The position numbers and the translations under genes were made by a program. The notes under the pieces were generated by a model, which worked only from the letters and a program-made list of their open reading frames with translations, did not search any database and was not told the DNA's origin. Below are positions 29,919 through 40,065 of a DNA stretch of 64,000 nucleotides, in pieces. The first letter of the stretch is position 1. The number at the start of each line of letters is the position of its first letter. The stretch covers positions 8,544,001 through 8,608,000 of the forward strand of contig OY762007.1 in assembly GCA_963665115.1 (NCBI GenBank), read 5' to 3'. Source of the DNA: an uncultured Rivularia sp. (GTDB taxonomy: Bacteria; Cyanobacteriota; Cyanobacteriia; Cyanobacteriales; Nostocaceae).

Positions 29919-30272
29919 TTGAATAAACGTAAATTACATACAGCAGAGCCTAAATGCAATCCACTGGCTAAACTGCTCAGTCAGCTATCAGGACAATGGA
30001 CGCTTTATATTTTGTGTATTTTGGATGCAAATGGTTTCCTACGCTTTGGTGAATTGAGATCCAAAGTTGAGGGAATTTCAACTAAAGTTTTAACAGAACG
30101 ATTGAGGATGTTAGAAGCAGCAGGAATGATTAATCGCTACCATGAGCCGACAATTCCTCCTAAAGTTACCTATAGTTTGACCAATCGTGGAAAAGAACTA
30201 TCTGAACCACTGGAGCATTTATGCGAACTTGCTTCGCGGTGGTATGGCACTGAAGAAGAAACACTTGATTAA
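29919..30272 (+). CDS. HxlR family winged-helix regulator
   Basis: LRFGELR, ISTKVLTERLR, IPPKVTYSLT; TTG start. Confidence 0.85.
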   Translation: MNKRKLHTAEPKCNPLAKLLSQLSGQWTLYILCILDANGFLRFGELRSKVEGISTKVLTERLRMLEAAGMINRYHEPTIPPKVTYSLTNRGKELSEPLEHLCELASRWYGTEEETLD

Positions 30273-30284
30273 TCCTACTGTACG

Positions 30285-31637
30285 TTAACTAGATTCTTGC
30301 TTGCTCTGCATTCCGGGAATTTGTACCCCAAGAGCCACCATTAACACTGCCATATAAGATGTCAGCGATAACCACAGTAAATGATTGTTTTGCAAATACC
30401 AACCTATAGCAGCTACTGGAGCGAATCCCAATCCTAAAGCAATCAAAGCAGAATTACGCAGTTTGACTCCTTGTTTTAATCCCACTGTATAGCCTTCAAA
30501 CATGAAAGCAACAGCACCACAAGTTAAAAGCGGTAGCAACCAATCTCTATAACGAATAACCGATTGACTGATATCTGTATGACTGGTTAATAAACCAAAA
30601 ATCGTTTGCGGAAATAAAATCGATACCGAAGCAAATATAGATGCAATCATCACTCCCGTGAATATAGAAACCTGCAACAACGGTATCATCTGCTCGGTTT
30701 CCCCTTTACCTTTGAAATTACCTATCAAAGATTGAGTAGTTAAACCAATGCCGTTAACCGTAAACTGACTTAACATCACAATTTGCAGCAGCAATCCGTT
30801 TTCTGCAATTACTTCATTTCCCATCGCTGCGCTGAGATTTGTAAAAATAGAATAAGCAGTAATCATAGCTAGATAACGAATCAAAATATTGCTTTTGAGT
30901 ACCACACTAGCTTTCAGAGCTTGCCAATCAAATATATCTTTGAGAGTAACGGGTAATGCTTTCCTTCGTAAACTAAAATAGATTCCAATTAGCGCCACCG
31001 ACAAAGCTAAATAGTGACTCAAAGAGGTAGCTAATCCTGCTCCCGTACTTCCCCAACCCCATCTAGTAATCGTTAAATAATCCAAAACCACATTCGAGCC
31101 ATTACCCACAAAAGAAATTAGCAGCACCAAAACGTTCATTTCCCTTCCTAGAAACCAACCAATCAGCACAAAATTGAGTAAAACCGCAGGTGCAGCCCAA
31201 ATGCGAGCATTGAAATAATCGATTCCGAAAAATTCAACATCAGGAGAGCCAGACAGAATCGCAAAACCAAATTTTTGGATGGGGTATTGCAGAATTAAGA
31301 TGAAAAAGGCGATCGCTAAAGCAATTAAACCACTCCGCAACAAAGCCAAAACTATCCCTTTCTCATCATTTTCTCCCACAGCTTGAGCAGTAATAGCATT
31401 AGTACTGTTTCTGAAAAACTTCAAAATTCTGTAGAGATAATCAAACAAAATGCTAGCTAAAATTACCCCTGCCAAATAACGAATATCAGCTAAATGTCCG
31501 AGAAAAGCAGTATCAACTATTCCAGATAAAGGCACCATCATATTCGAGATAATACTTACAGATGCCAATCGGTAGAAACGAGGTAAAAAGCTGCTGTAGC
31601 GAGATGGAAGCGTGAATAATAAATTTGATGAACCCAT
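30285..31637 (-). CDS. MATE family efflux transporter (DinF-like)
   Basis: SNMMVPLSGIVDTAFLGHL, ARIWAAP, NVVLDYL. Confidence 0.85.
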   Translation of the reverse strand: MGSSNLLFTLPSRYSSFLPRFYRLASVSIISNMMVPLSGIVDTAFLGHLADIRYLAGVILASILFDYLYRILKFFRNSTNAITAQAVGENDEKGIVLALLRSGLIALAIAFFILILQYPIQKFGFAILSGSPDVEFFGIDYFNARIWAAPAVLLNFVLIGWFLGREMNVLVLLISFVGNGSNVVLDYLTITRWGWGSTGAGLATSLSHYLALSVALIGIYFSLRRKALPVTLKDIFDWQALKASVVLKSNILIRYLAMITAYSIFTNLSAAMGNEVIAENGLLLQIVMLSQFTVNGIGLTTQSLIGNFKGKGETEQMIPLLQVSIFTGVMIASIFASVSILFPQTIFGLLTSHTDISQSVIRYRDWLLPLLTCGAVAFMFEGYTVGLKQGVKLRNSALIALGLGFAPVAAIGWYLQNNHLLWLSLTSYMAVLMVALGVQIPGMQSKQESS

Positions 31638-31787
31638 AGAAAAGGTATTTTTTGTTGTTAGCTTTGAACGATGATGGGATACATTTTTTGCAGAAGCTCA
31701 AAGCAATAAACGTCTACTTCAATTAATCTACGCTGAATCGAAATAGATAAAAGTAATAAATTGGGCACAAACACAAATGAAAATAGA

Positions 31788-31869
31788 AATTCCCCCATCC
31801 AAATTTCAGATCGGGGATTTTAAGTCGCGCTGTCCGCTTCGCAACAATGCTAGCTGTGTTCCAGCGCAT
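31788..31869 (-). ncRNA. Candidate small structured RNA/leader ending in terminator-like hairpin
   Basis: GC-rich island: GCGCTG...CAGCGC stem, then TCCCCGATC...GATGGGGGA hairpin and T-rich tail. Confidence 0.3.
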
Positions 31870-31907
31870 GATAATATATAATCTCAATCATAAATTGTCT
31901 TTGCTTT

Positions 31908-32780
31908 TTAAACTTGGGCAGGTACAGCCCCACTCCAGCTATTATTTTGGAGATATTTTTCTAACGTCATTAAGTCAGGATACTCTTCCCGTCTGGCTGC
32001 AATATCTGCTGAGTATCCGACGTGATCAAACCACCGATACATAATTGTCATTTCCTCTCCAGTAAATTGCTGAAACTGCTCCCAGGGGAGTTGAACATAA
32101 TTTACGGGACGACCAATTACGCGACTAAAAATAGCAGCGGTTTCAGTCATAGTTGCCTCATCACCTGCGATATCTACAGCTTTCCCAATCCATTCCTTGG
32201 GCATTTCAAATGCTATTGTTGCAAATGCACCTATATCATTTACCGAAACTTGTTGCAATTTCGTTTCTGGTTTGAGGGGTTGAGCCAGCGTACCTTGAAG
32301 GATTGAGTCGCGACCGAACATCTCCCAATTTTCCATTAGGAACACTGGACGCAAGATTGTGTAAGGAAGTCCTATCTCCTGAATGTACGCTTCGACTTTT
32401 GCCTTAGAATCAAAGTGTGGAACTCCAGTTTTGAGGTCAGCACTGCCCACAGAACTGTATACAAAATGTTCAATGCCAGCCATTCTTGCTACCTGTGCGA
32501 TCGCTTTCCCCTGACGAACTTCTAAGTAGAAATCATCCTCGGTAAATGTTTGAACTGAAAAAACTCCATAAGCTCCACCTACGGCTTGTTTGAGAGATTC
32601 TTCATCATCGAAATCACCCCGAACAATTTCCAAGCCCTGCTCGGCTAAAGATTTTGCAGTAGGTGAGGCGGGATTGCGAACTAATGCACGAACTTGAAAG
32701 TTACGTCTTTGTAGGTGCTTTGCTACTGCACCACCTTGTTTCCCAGTTGCTCCGGTAACTAGAATTAAACGATTGCTCAT
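31908..32780 (-). CDS. NmrA/HSCARG family NAD(P)-binding protein
   Basis: VTGATGKQGG, HFVYSSV, PHFDSK, LRPVFLMEN. Confidence 0.9.
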   Translation of the reverse strand: MSNRLILVTGATGKQGGAVAKHLQRRNFQVRALVRNPASPTAKSLAEQGLEIVRGDFDDEESLKQAVGGAYGVFSVQTFTEDDFYLEVRQGKAIAQVARMAGIEHFVYSSVGSADLKTGVPHFDSKAKVEAYIQEIGLPYTILRPVFLMENWEMFGRDSILQGTLAQPLKPETKLQQVSVNDIGAFATIAFEMPKEWIGKAVDIAGDEATMTETAAIFSRVIGRPVNYVQLPWEQFQQFTGEEMTIMYRWFDHVGYSADIAARREEYPDLMTLEKYLQNNSWSGAVPAQV

Positions 32781-32874
32781 AATATTTTGACAGTTAATAT
32801 CGTTTAAAGCAGCCTACAACAAGGATATTTCAACCGTCTTCCATAAAATTACGAAAAATTTCATGTTCTTCCGA

Positions 32875-33802
32875 TTAGAGCATTTTACGATATTTTTTAG
32901 GAGTAATAGATAAATGTTTGCGGAATACAGTATTTAAGTGGCTTTGGCTGGCAAAACCAACTATTTCTGCTATGTCGGTAATTGATAAATTGGTGTTTCT
33001 CAAAAGTTCCTTGGCTTTATCCAACCTTTGATGAATAACGTATTGATGAGGGGGTAGCCCAGTCGATTGCTTAAACAATTGAGCAAAATAGTTAGGACTT
33101 ATCTGAGCAATGGCTGCAAGTTCGGCTAAACTTATATTCCGCGTTCTGTTCTGGTGAATATATTCAAGAACTTGTTTAAGTTTGAGCCGTGGTAGACCGT
33201 ATTGTAGCTCCTGTGACGAATAAGGTTGAGATGAGTAACGTTGGAGTAGGTGAACCAGTAGCGCATTGAGCATAGACTCAGCATATAAATGGTTGGGCGA
33301 CTGATTGATTTGAAAATCAGTCTTCAAAGCTAATCCAATTTGATGTACAAGGGGGTCATTCAACTTATCATGAGCAACTATTTCAGGTTGAGGATTTGCG
33401 GAAAATCTCGATGCTTCGGTGTCATTTAATTCCAGTAATGTTTGCTTGATTCGCGACGAATCAAATCCTACAATCAGAAATTCGATGGGGTCTATCCCAA
33501 ATCACTCTATGAGAAATTTCAGCAGGAAAGACAATAAAATCTCCTCTTTCAAACTGATTGTGGTAGAACTTCCCATCAATCCACTGTTCTGCGTTGTATG
33601 TTCCACCCAAATTCAAAACCATACCAGCTTGTATTACAGAGCAGTGCTGAATCTCATGGGCAGGATGATAATGGTGTTCAATTACACAATTTTCTATCTC
33701 AAGCCGTTTGACATAATGTTCGGGTGAATTTCCCAAAACTTGCTGATGAGATTGTTGGTTAAGTAAATCAACTGTAACGGGAGGTAAAGCTTGCTTTGAC
33801 AT
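32875..33802 (-). CDS. AraC family regulator, frameshifted at GGGG 33487-33490
   Basis: Removing one base joins WDRPIEFLIVGF to LNDPLVHQ...SPNYFAQLFK...GFASQSHL. Confidence 0.85.
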
Positions 33803-33816
33803 AACTTTAAGCTTCT

Positions 33817-33930
33817 GTAGAGTGCGTTACGACGGATAAGAATATACTACCTTGATGATGATTTTACAGCACCGTAACGCACTGCTCAATTGCAATAGTG
33901 CGTATGACAAAAAAGCCATAACGCATCTAC
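33817..33930. repeat. REPIN-like doublet bounded by GTAG...CTAC
   Basis: GTAGAGTGCGTTACG...CGTAACGCACT; GTGCGTATG...CATAACGCATCTAC. Confidence 0.65.
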
Positions 33931-33955
33931 TAATTAAAAGCATACACTTTTAAAT

Positions 33956-34774
33956 TCAAGCCAGAGTCAAAATTTCCACACCATCATCCGTTACAGCAAC
34001 GGTATGCTCAAACTGAGCCGATAACTTTCTATCTTTAGTAATCACAGTCCACTTATCTGATAGAAATTTAAGATCGTAACTTCCTTCATTTAACATTGGC
34101 TCAATCGTGAAAACCATTCCCTTACGCAACTTTAAACCAGTACCTCTTTTTCCATAATGAGGAACTTGAGGTTCTGTATGAAACACTCTACCAACACCAT
34201 GTCCAACCATATCCCGTACTACCGAGTAACCATTTGCTTCAGCATATTCTTGAATTGCAGCACCAATATCGCCAATTTTTCCACCAGGCTTTACTTGAGC
34301 AATTCCCCGCATCATTGATTCACGAGTAACTTCAACTAATTTCTTAGCTTTATCCGATACATTACCAACCAAAAATGTTCTAGAAGTATCCCCGTGATAA
34401 CCATCTAAAATTGGAGTCACATCAATATTGATAATGTCTCCATCCTTAAGAATTTGCTTTGAGCTAGGAATTCCGTGACAAACAACTTCATTAACGCTAG
34501 TACAAACGTGGCCTGGATAAGGTGGATGATTTGGAGGAGCATAACCGATAGTAGCGCTAACACTACCATTTTCCTTCATAAAACGGGCTGCTTCATCATC
34601 TAAATCTTTTGTAGTCACTCCCGGCTGCACCATTGGTTCGAGATGATTGAGGAGACTTGCAGCCAGCTTTCCGACAACGCGCATTTTATCCAACTCCCTA
34701 GATGAAAGCAAGACAAGTCCTTTTTTATTTTGTGTCTTATTTCCACCTATTGAAAGTAAGTTTTGATTGTTCAT
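33956..34774 (-). CDS. map: Type I methionine aminopeptidase
   Basis: CTSVNEVVCHGIP, DIINIDVT, GDTSRT, GHGVG, FTIEPM, SAQFEHT. Confidence 0.95.
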   Translation of the reverse strand: MNNQNLLSIGGNKTQNKKGLVLLSSRELDKMRVVGKLAASLLNHLEPMVQPGVTTKDLDDEAARFMKENGSVSATIGYAPPNHPPYPGHVCTSVNEVVCHGIPSSKQILKDGDIINIDVTPILDGYHGDTSRTFLVGNVSDKAKKLVEVTRESMMRGIAQVKPGGKIGDIGAAIQEYAEANGYSVVRDMVGHGVGRVFHTEPQVPHYGKRGTGLKLRKGMVFTIEPMLNEGSYDLKFLSDKWTVITKDRKLSAQFEHTVAVTDDGVEILTLA

Positions 34775-34902
34775 ATTTAATATCTAAAATTTAGGTTTTA
34801 GGTTTTTACGTTTAGAGATGCTATGTTATGCTAGCACAGCAAGGACTAGCATATTGCTTGTATGCTGGGTGTAATAAATATTAAACAAAAAACTAATTTA
34901 AT

Positions 34903-35088
34903 ATGGGTGGTAAAACAAACTTAGATAGAGTAGTTGCTTATATTCCTCCTGAGTGGAAAAAAGAACTAGAAGAATGGGGAGAAGCAGACGAGCGCTCTGT
35001 TTCCTGGTTAGTTGCGAAATTAATTGACAAAGCTTTGCAGGAACGACGAGAGCAGAAGAATTCCGTAAAAGTGGTAAATATGCGCTAA
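34903..35088 (+). CDS. Ribbon-helix-helix (CopG-like) DNA-binding protein
   Basis: RVVAYIPPEWKKELEEWGEADERSVSWLVAKLI. Confidence 0.75.
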   Translation: MGGKTNLDRVVAYIPPEWKKELEEWGEADERSVSWLVAKLIDKALQERREQKNSVKVVNMR

Positions 35089-35178
35089 TTATGAATGTAT
35101 AAAACCGAATTGACTTGAAACTTTTACACCGTAAAAAGCATCGATGCAACCAGTTGATCGTTCTGGAAGACAAAAGCC

Positions 35179-35925
35179 ATGCGTCGAACAGTGTTATTCC
35201 TATCGAGATTTATACTCAGTCTGTGGATTGTACTTGTTAGTGCTTTTTTATTCCTGCTGCACTCTAATGCTCCCGGTATCGAAGATACGTCTTTCGGTAA
35301 TGCATCTATTATGGGTTTGAGTGAACCTCGTCTACTAATGATTAGCAGTGGGTTATCTCTGAGTGCAGGTATTAGCGCAGCCTTTTTCGCATGGCTGCAT
35401 CCAGGTGTGTTAAGCAAAGTTTTTGCTAGTATTGCCTGTGGTTTTGGAATATATCACTTAGTTTGGGGTTTTCTTGGTAGCGTCAGATTTGATATTGTCA
35501 CGCCCTACGGATTTACTCCCGATATTTGGGGTTGGCTTGTAGATGGAGTTGCGATCGTCGCAGCTATTTTAACGATTATTACTACTGCTCTGCTGCTTTG
35601 GGGAAGAGTGAATCGCTTAACCAAAATTTTGCCGATCGTTGTCAGTAGTGTGGGAGTTTTCAATCTCTGCTCGCTATCTATCAGTTGGAGTTTTGGCTCT
35701 TTGTCCGATTTTTTCGGTTTAGCTTTTTCAGAAAATGTATACCTATTAATGTGGCTTGCAACAGCTGTTTCAGCTATTCTTGCGATTGCTGCTGCAATCT
35801 TGCTTTGGTTGCATACAAGTCAATCTATTAAAAAGTTTCTTTGCTTAGTTAGTGGCTTTGGTGCGGTGGCTTTAGCTTCTTATTTCTCCTTATTCATTCT
35901 TTTATCGTTGGGGTATGCAGATTGA
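35179..35925 (+). CDS. Hypothetical integral membrane protein
   Basis: 248-aa ORF with multiple hydrophobic helices. Confidence 0.65.
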   Translation: MRRTVLFLSRFILSLWIVLVSAFLFLLHSNAPGIEDTSFGNASIMGLSEPRLLMISSGLSLSAGISAAFFAWLHPGVLSKVFASIACGFGIYHLVWGFLGSVRFDIVTPYGFTPDIWGWLVDGVAIVAAILTIITTALLLWGRVNRLTKILPIVVSSVGVFNLCSLSISWSFGSLSDFFGLAFSENVYLLMWLATAVSAILAIAAAILLWLHTSQSIKKFLCLVSGFGAVALASYFSLFILLSLGYAD

Positions 35926-36013
35926 GGTGTAACATTTTTCGAGCTAATTCTACCTATCTCTATGAAACCTCTTTCCTCTGCGCTCTCTGCGGTTTTTTTA
36001 ATCGATATCACTT

Positions 36014-39000
36014 TCACATACCAGACTTTATCGGCAACTCAATCACAAATTCCGTACCTTCTCCCACTTGAGAAGAACATTGAATTGTACCGTGATGTTT
36101 TTCAACTACGATTTGATAGCAAATAAGTAAGCCCAATCCGGTACCTTTACCTACTTCTTTTGTGGTAAAAAATGGGTCAAAAATCTTATTTTTTACTTCT
36201 TCTGATATTCCTAAAGCATTATCAGCAATTTTCATTACAACTTTATCGTTAATTACTTCTGTGTTAATCTCAATATTTAAAGTAACTTTTGCAGATTTTT
36301 CATATTTATAAAACTTTTGTTCCAATGCATCGATGCTATTAGTTAAAATATTCATAAATACTTGATTCAGTTGAGCCGGAAAGCATTCTATTGATGGCAG
36401 TTTACTATATTTTTTGATAATCTCAATTCCTGGATATTCACCATTCGCTTTTAATCGGTGTCCTAAGATAAGTAAAGTGCTATCTAATCCTTCGTGAATG
36501 TTTACTGCTTTTAAATCGGCTTCATCTTTACGAGAAAAGTTTCTTAATGAAAGCACAATCTCACGAATTCGCTCTGCTCCTATTTTCATTGAATCGAGTG
36601 TTTTCGGTAAGTCGGAAATTATAAAATCTAGTTCTAGTTCTTCAATTTGCTTTTGAATATCTACTGGCAAATTATCGAGATTCTGATGATAAATATCAAC
36701 TAGTTTCAGTAAATCTTCGGTATATTGAGTTACATAAGTTAAATTACCAGAAATAAAGCTGACAGGATTATTTATTTCATGGGCAACTCCAGCTATTAAT
36801 TGTCCCAAACCTGCCATTTTTTCACCTTGAATCAATTGGGCTTGAGTTTGCTTTAATTCTTGTAAAGCTTGAGCCAGTTTTGTGGCTTGAGTTTTAGTTT
36901 TTTCGAGTAATTCTGCTTGCTGAATCGCGATTCCCAATTGCGTACCAACTTGTGCGAGTAAGTTGACTTCTTCATCTTTCCAGTAGCGGGGTTGTGAGTT
37001 TTGATAAGCTACTAATAGTCCCCATAATTTCTCACCTTGGGAAATAGGAACAAAAGTTTCATTGCGGGGTAAATTATCATCATCATCGTCATCATCAGAA
37101 AATTTTGGTTGCACAATTGGCTGTGTATTAATAACAGGTTTCCAATCGTCTTTAAATGAATCTGCAACAAATTTACCTCTCCAATCGGAATTAAAACGGT
37201 AAATTGCGACTCGTTCAACTTCTAGCAATTCTCTTACTGCTTGAGTCGTTGTTTTAAAAATTGTTTTAATATCAAGTGATTGGCGAATTTTATCAACAGT
37301 TGCAGCTAGAAGTTTTTGTCTTTCCATCGCTTTTTCTCTTTCGGTGGCTTCTGCTAGCTGTACTGCTTGAGTTTGAACTTGTTTTAAATATAAATCCTGT
37401 TTTAAAGCAATACTAAGCTGTTCGGCTATTTGGCTGATAAATTCAACTTCTGAAGACTGCCAATTACGAGGATTACTACATTGATGAATACAAAGTAGTC
37501 CCCACAATTTCTCTTCTTCTAATAAGGGAGCAACAACATTAGCCCGAACTTGGAATTGTTCTAAAATTTTGAGATAGCAATGTTTAAATTCTTCTTGATG
37601 AATATCGGAAATAGCATTAACTCTACCTTGTTGATAAAGTGGGGCAAATTTTTCGCTAAAGCAATGGTCGTAAACCTTATTTGCAATGGCTGAATTCCAA
37701 CCAGCAGCAACATCTTCGTAAATAAACTCTCCTTCCCATTCAGTTGGAGTATCAAAGCGAAAAACCCCTACTCTGTCAGTTTTGAGAAGTTGACGTACTT
37801 GAGTAATAGTAGTTTTGAAAATTGTTTCTAAATCTAATGATTCCCGAATTTGGGTAATGATACCAGTCAATGCTTTTTGCTGTTCTGCTTGATATCGAGC
37901 TTCTAATAATGTTTGATTGTGCTGTAGAGCAACTCCTAAATTGTCCGCAATTTGACGAGTAAATTCAATTTCTTCTTGTTCCCAATTACGAGGATTACCG
38001 CATTGATGAACGCACAATAAGCCCCATAAATCCTCTCCTTTAAGTAAAGGAACAACTAAATTTGCGCGAACTTGAAATTGAGCCAAAATTTGCCGGTGAC
38101 GTTCGCTTAACCCTTCTGCGTAAATATCTGCAACCGCTTGTACTCTACCTTGTTGATAGTTAACCGCAAATTTGTCACCAAAAGTATAGTCAACTTTAGC
38201 TGACACAACAGAATCCCATTCAGGAGCAACGCTCTCCCAAACAAATTTTCCTTGGCAATTTTGTTGAGCATCAAACTGAAAAACTGCTACTCTGTCAGCT
38301 TTTAACATTTGCTGAACTTCAGCAACAGTTGTTTGAAAAATAGTGTCTAAATCCAAAGACTCCCTAATTCGAGCAATTACCCCAGTTAATGTTTTTTGTT
38401 GCTTGGCTTGATTCCTAGCTTTAAATAATAACTCGTGCTGTCTTAATGCTATGCCAATTTGCGCTCCACTCTGGGTAATTATTTCTACTTCATCTTCAAC
38501 CCAGATTCTAGGTGCGGAGTTTTGGTAAGCAGCAATGATTCCCCAAAGCTTGTCTCCTTGAAGAATCGGAGCAGTTGCAAAACTTTTGGCTTCAAATTGT
38601 TCTAAAAGAGCAATATGACATTCATCTAATCCAGCTTGATAAATATCATTAACAGTAAATGTCTGATTGCGAACGTAACGTCCACCTTGAGTTTCTTGTA
38701 AATGAGTATCAATAATTGTAGGTTGAACGTTAACTAAGGGAGTCCATCCTTCTGCAAAAGATTCAGCAACAAAATCACCGCTCCAATCTGGGTTAAAACG
38801 AAAAATAGCAACGCGCTCGGCTTGGATTAATTCTCGTAGTTGTTGAGTTGTTGTTTGAAAGATAGTGTCAATATCAAGTGTTCTACGAATTTTATTAACA
38901 ATTTGAGTAATTACCTTCTCACGTTGAGTCCCTTGAACTAATTTTACAGCCTGTAATTCTAGCTTTTTAAAATACTCAGCTTGTTGAATAGCAACAGTAA

Positions 39001-39538
39001 AATGTTCCGCGATTAAGCGAACAAATTCAATTTCCGATTCTTTCCAATTGCGAGTATCGCTGCATTGATGCACGCAAAGTAAACCCCACAAAACATTTTC
39101 TTGCAATAGTGGAACAATCAGATTTGCACGAATTTGGAGTTGAGCCAAAATCTCAGCATAACAATCACTCAATCCCGCAGCATAAATATCTGCAACTGCT
39201 TGCACCCTACCTTCTTGGTAGTGAACCGCAAACTGCTCTGCAAAACAATGGTCGTAGACTTTTTTTGTAATTACCGAATCCCAAGCAGATGCAACATCTT
39301 CTGATACAAATTCTCCTTCCCAACCACTTTCAATATCAAATTTAAATACAGCTACTCTGTCAGCTTTAAGTAACTGTCGTACTTGAGTTGCAGTAGTTTG
39401 AAAAATAGTTTGCAAATCTAACGGTTGCCGAATTAACTTAATTACACTAGCAAGTGCTTTTTGCTGTTCTAACTGTTCTTGAATTTGAGCATCTAAAATA
39501 TTTGAATGATTATCTGATTGTTTTGAGTGAGATGTCAT
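36014..39538 (-). CDS. Multi-GAF cyanobacteriochrome sensor histidine kinase
   Basis: Four GAFs plus one shortened GAF; DHCF and CH/CY motifs; HisKA AHEINNP; HATPase [17 protein letters not shown]. Confidence 0.9.
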   Translation of the reverse strand: MTSHSKQSDNHSNILDAQIQEQLEQQKALASVIKLIRQPLDLQTIFQTTATQVRQLLKADRVAVFKFDIESGWEGEFVSEDVASAWDSVITKKVYDHCFAEQFAVHYQEGRVQAVADIYAAGLSDCYAEILAQLQIRANLIVPLLQENVLWGLLCVHQCSDTRNWKESEIEFVRLIAEHFTVAIQQAEYFKKLELQAVKLVQGTQREKVITQIVNKIRRTLDIDTIFQTTTQQLRELIQAERVAIFRFNPDWSGDFVAESFAEGWTPLVNVQPTIIDTHLQETQGGRYVRNQTFTVNDIYQAGLDECHIALLEQFEAKSFATAPILQGDKLWGIIAAYQNSAPRIWVEDEVEIITQSGAQIGIALRQHELLFKARNQAKQQKTLTGVIARIRESLDLDTIFQTTVAEVQQMLKADRVAVFQFDAQQNCQGKFVWESVAPEWDSVVSAKVDYTFGDKFAVNYQQGRVQAVADIYAEGLSERHRQILAQFQVRANLVVPLLKGEDLWGLLCVHQCGNPRNWEQEEIEFTRQIADNLGVALQHNQTLLEARYQAEQQKALTGIITQIRESLDLETIFKTTITQVRQLLKTDRVGVFRFDTPTEWEGEFIYEDVAAGWNSAIANKVYDHCFSEKFAPLYQQGRVNAISDIHQEEFKHCYLKILEQFQVRANVVAPLLEEEKLWGLLCIHQCSNPRNWQSSEVEFISQIAEQLSIALKQDLYLKQVQTQAVQLAEATEREKAMERQKLLAATVDKIRQSLDIKTIFKTTTQAVRELLEVERVAIYRFNSDWRGKFVADSFKDDWKPVINTQPIVQPKFSDDDDDDDNLPRNETFVPISQGEKLWGLLVAYQNSQPRYWKDEEVNLLAQVGTQLGIAIQQAELLEKTKTQATKLAQALQELKQTQAQLIQGEKMAGLGQLIAGVAHEINNPVSFISGNLTYVTQYTEDLLKLVDIYHQNLDNLPVDIQKQIEELELDFIISDLPKTLDSMKIGAERIREIVLSLRNFSRKDEADLKAVNIHEGLDSTLLILGHRLKANGEYPGIEIIKKYSKLPSIECFPAQLNQVFMNILTNSIDALEQKFYKYEKSAKVTLNIEINTEVINDKVVMKIADNALGISEEVKNKIFDPFFTTKEVGKGTGLGLLICYQIVVEKHHGTIQCSSQVGEGTEFVIELPIKSGM

Positions 39539-39896
39539 AATTTTTGATACTAATAAATTGATATATGGATAAAGTTATTGACAACCAAACTGCGTAAAAT
39601 CAAACACCCTTTTTATGTACTATATATAACACAGACGAAGATATAAATCAGTACAATTAGTAAATTTTTCTCGTTATGATATACGTCTATTTGCTTAAAA
39701 ATGCCAGCTATCCATACTATTAAATCGAAAATGCTTGTTTATTTTTCGCTTGAAGCAAAAAGATATTAAGGTCTCTTAAACTACATTTATTTAGCATCGG
39801 TAGAAAAAATATTTAATGATTTTAGACAAATTTTGTGTCCGATATCTCAAATAACTACCATTTGTGCAACTTTTACCGATGTTCTACGATTAAAAG

Positions 39897-40038
39897 GGCG
39901 TTGCTGATTCAAAATATGAATAGCCCCTCAACCCCCAATTATGGGGGAGAAATATATTTTAAAGTCCCCCAATATTGGAGGATTTAGGGGGCGCAACTTG
40001 GATAGTAAAATAAATTCATATCTGTATTCAGCAACGCC
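39897..40038. mobile_element. MITE, 142 bp, ~25-bp TIRs, 8-bp target duplication
   Basis: GGCGTTGCTGATTCAAAATATGAAT / ATTCATATCTGTATTCAGCAACGCC; ATTAAAAG at 39889-39896 and 40039-40046. Confidence 0.85.
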
Positions 40039-40065
40039 ATTAAAAGATTACTCATGCACAACTAG

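Noticed and set aside
30285..31637. MATE as marker of a cyanotoxin biosynthetic cluster
   Set aside because: No biosynthetic genes nearby; context is generic redox and detoxification genes
31825..31880. SAM-II riboswitch (TCGCGCTG...AGCGC.TGATAA resemblance on plus strand)
   Set aside because: Loop and 3' pseudoknot segments do not match, and there is no downstream plus-strand gene
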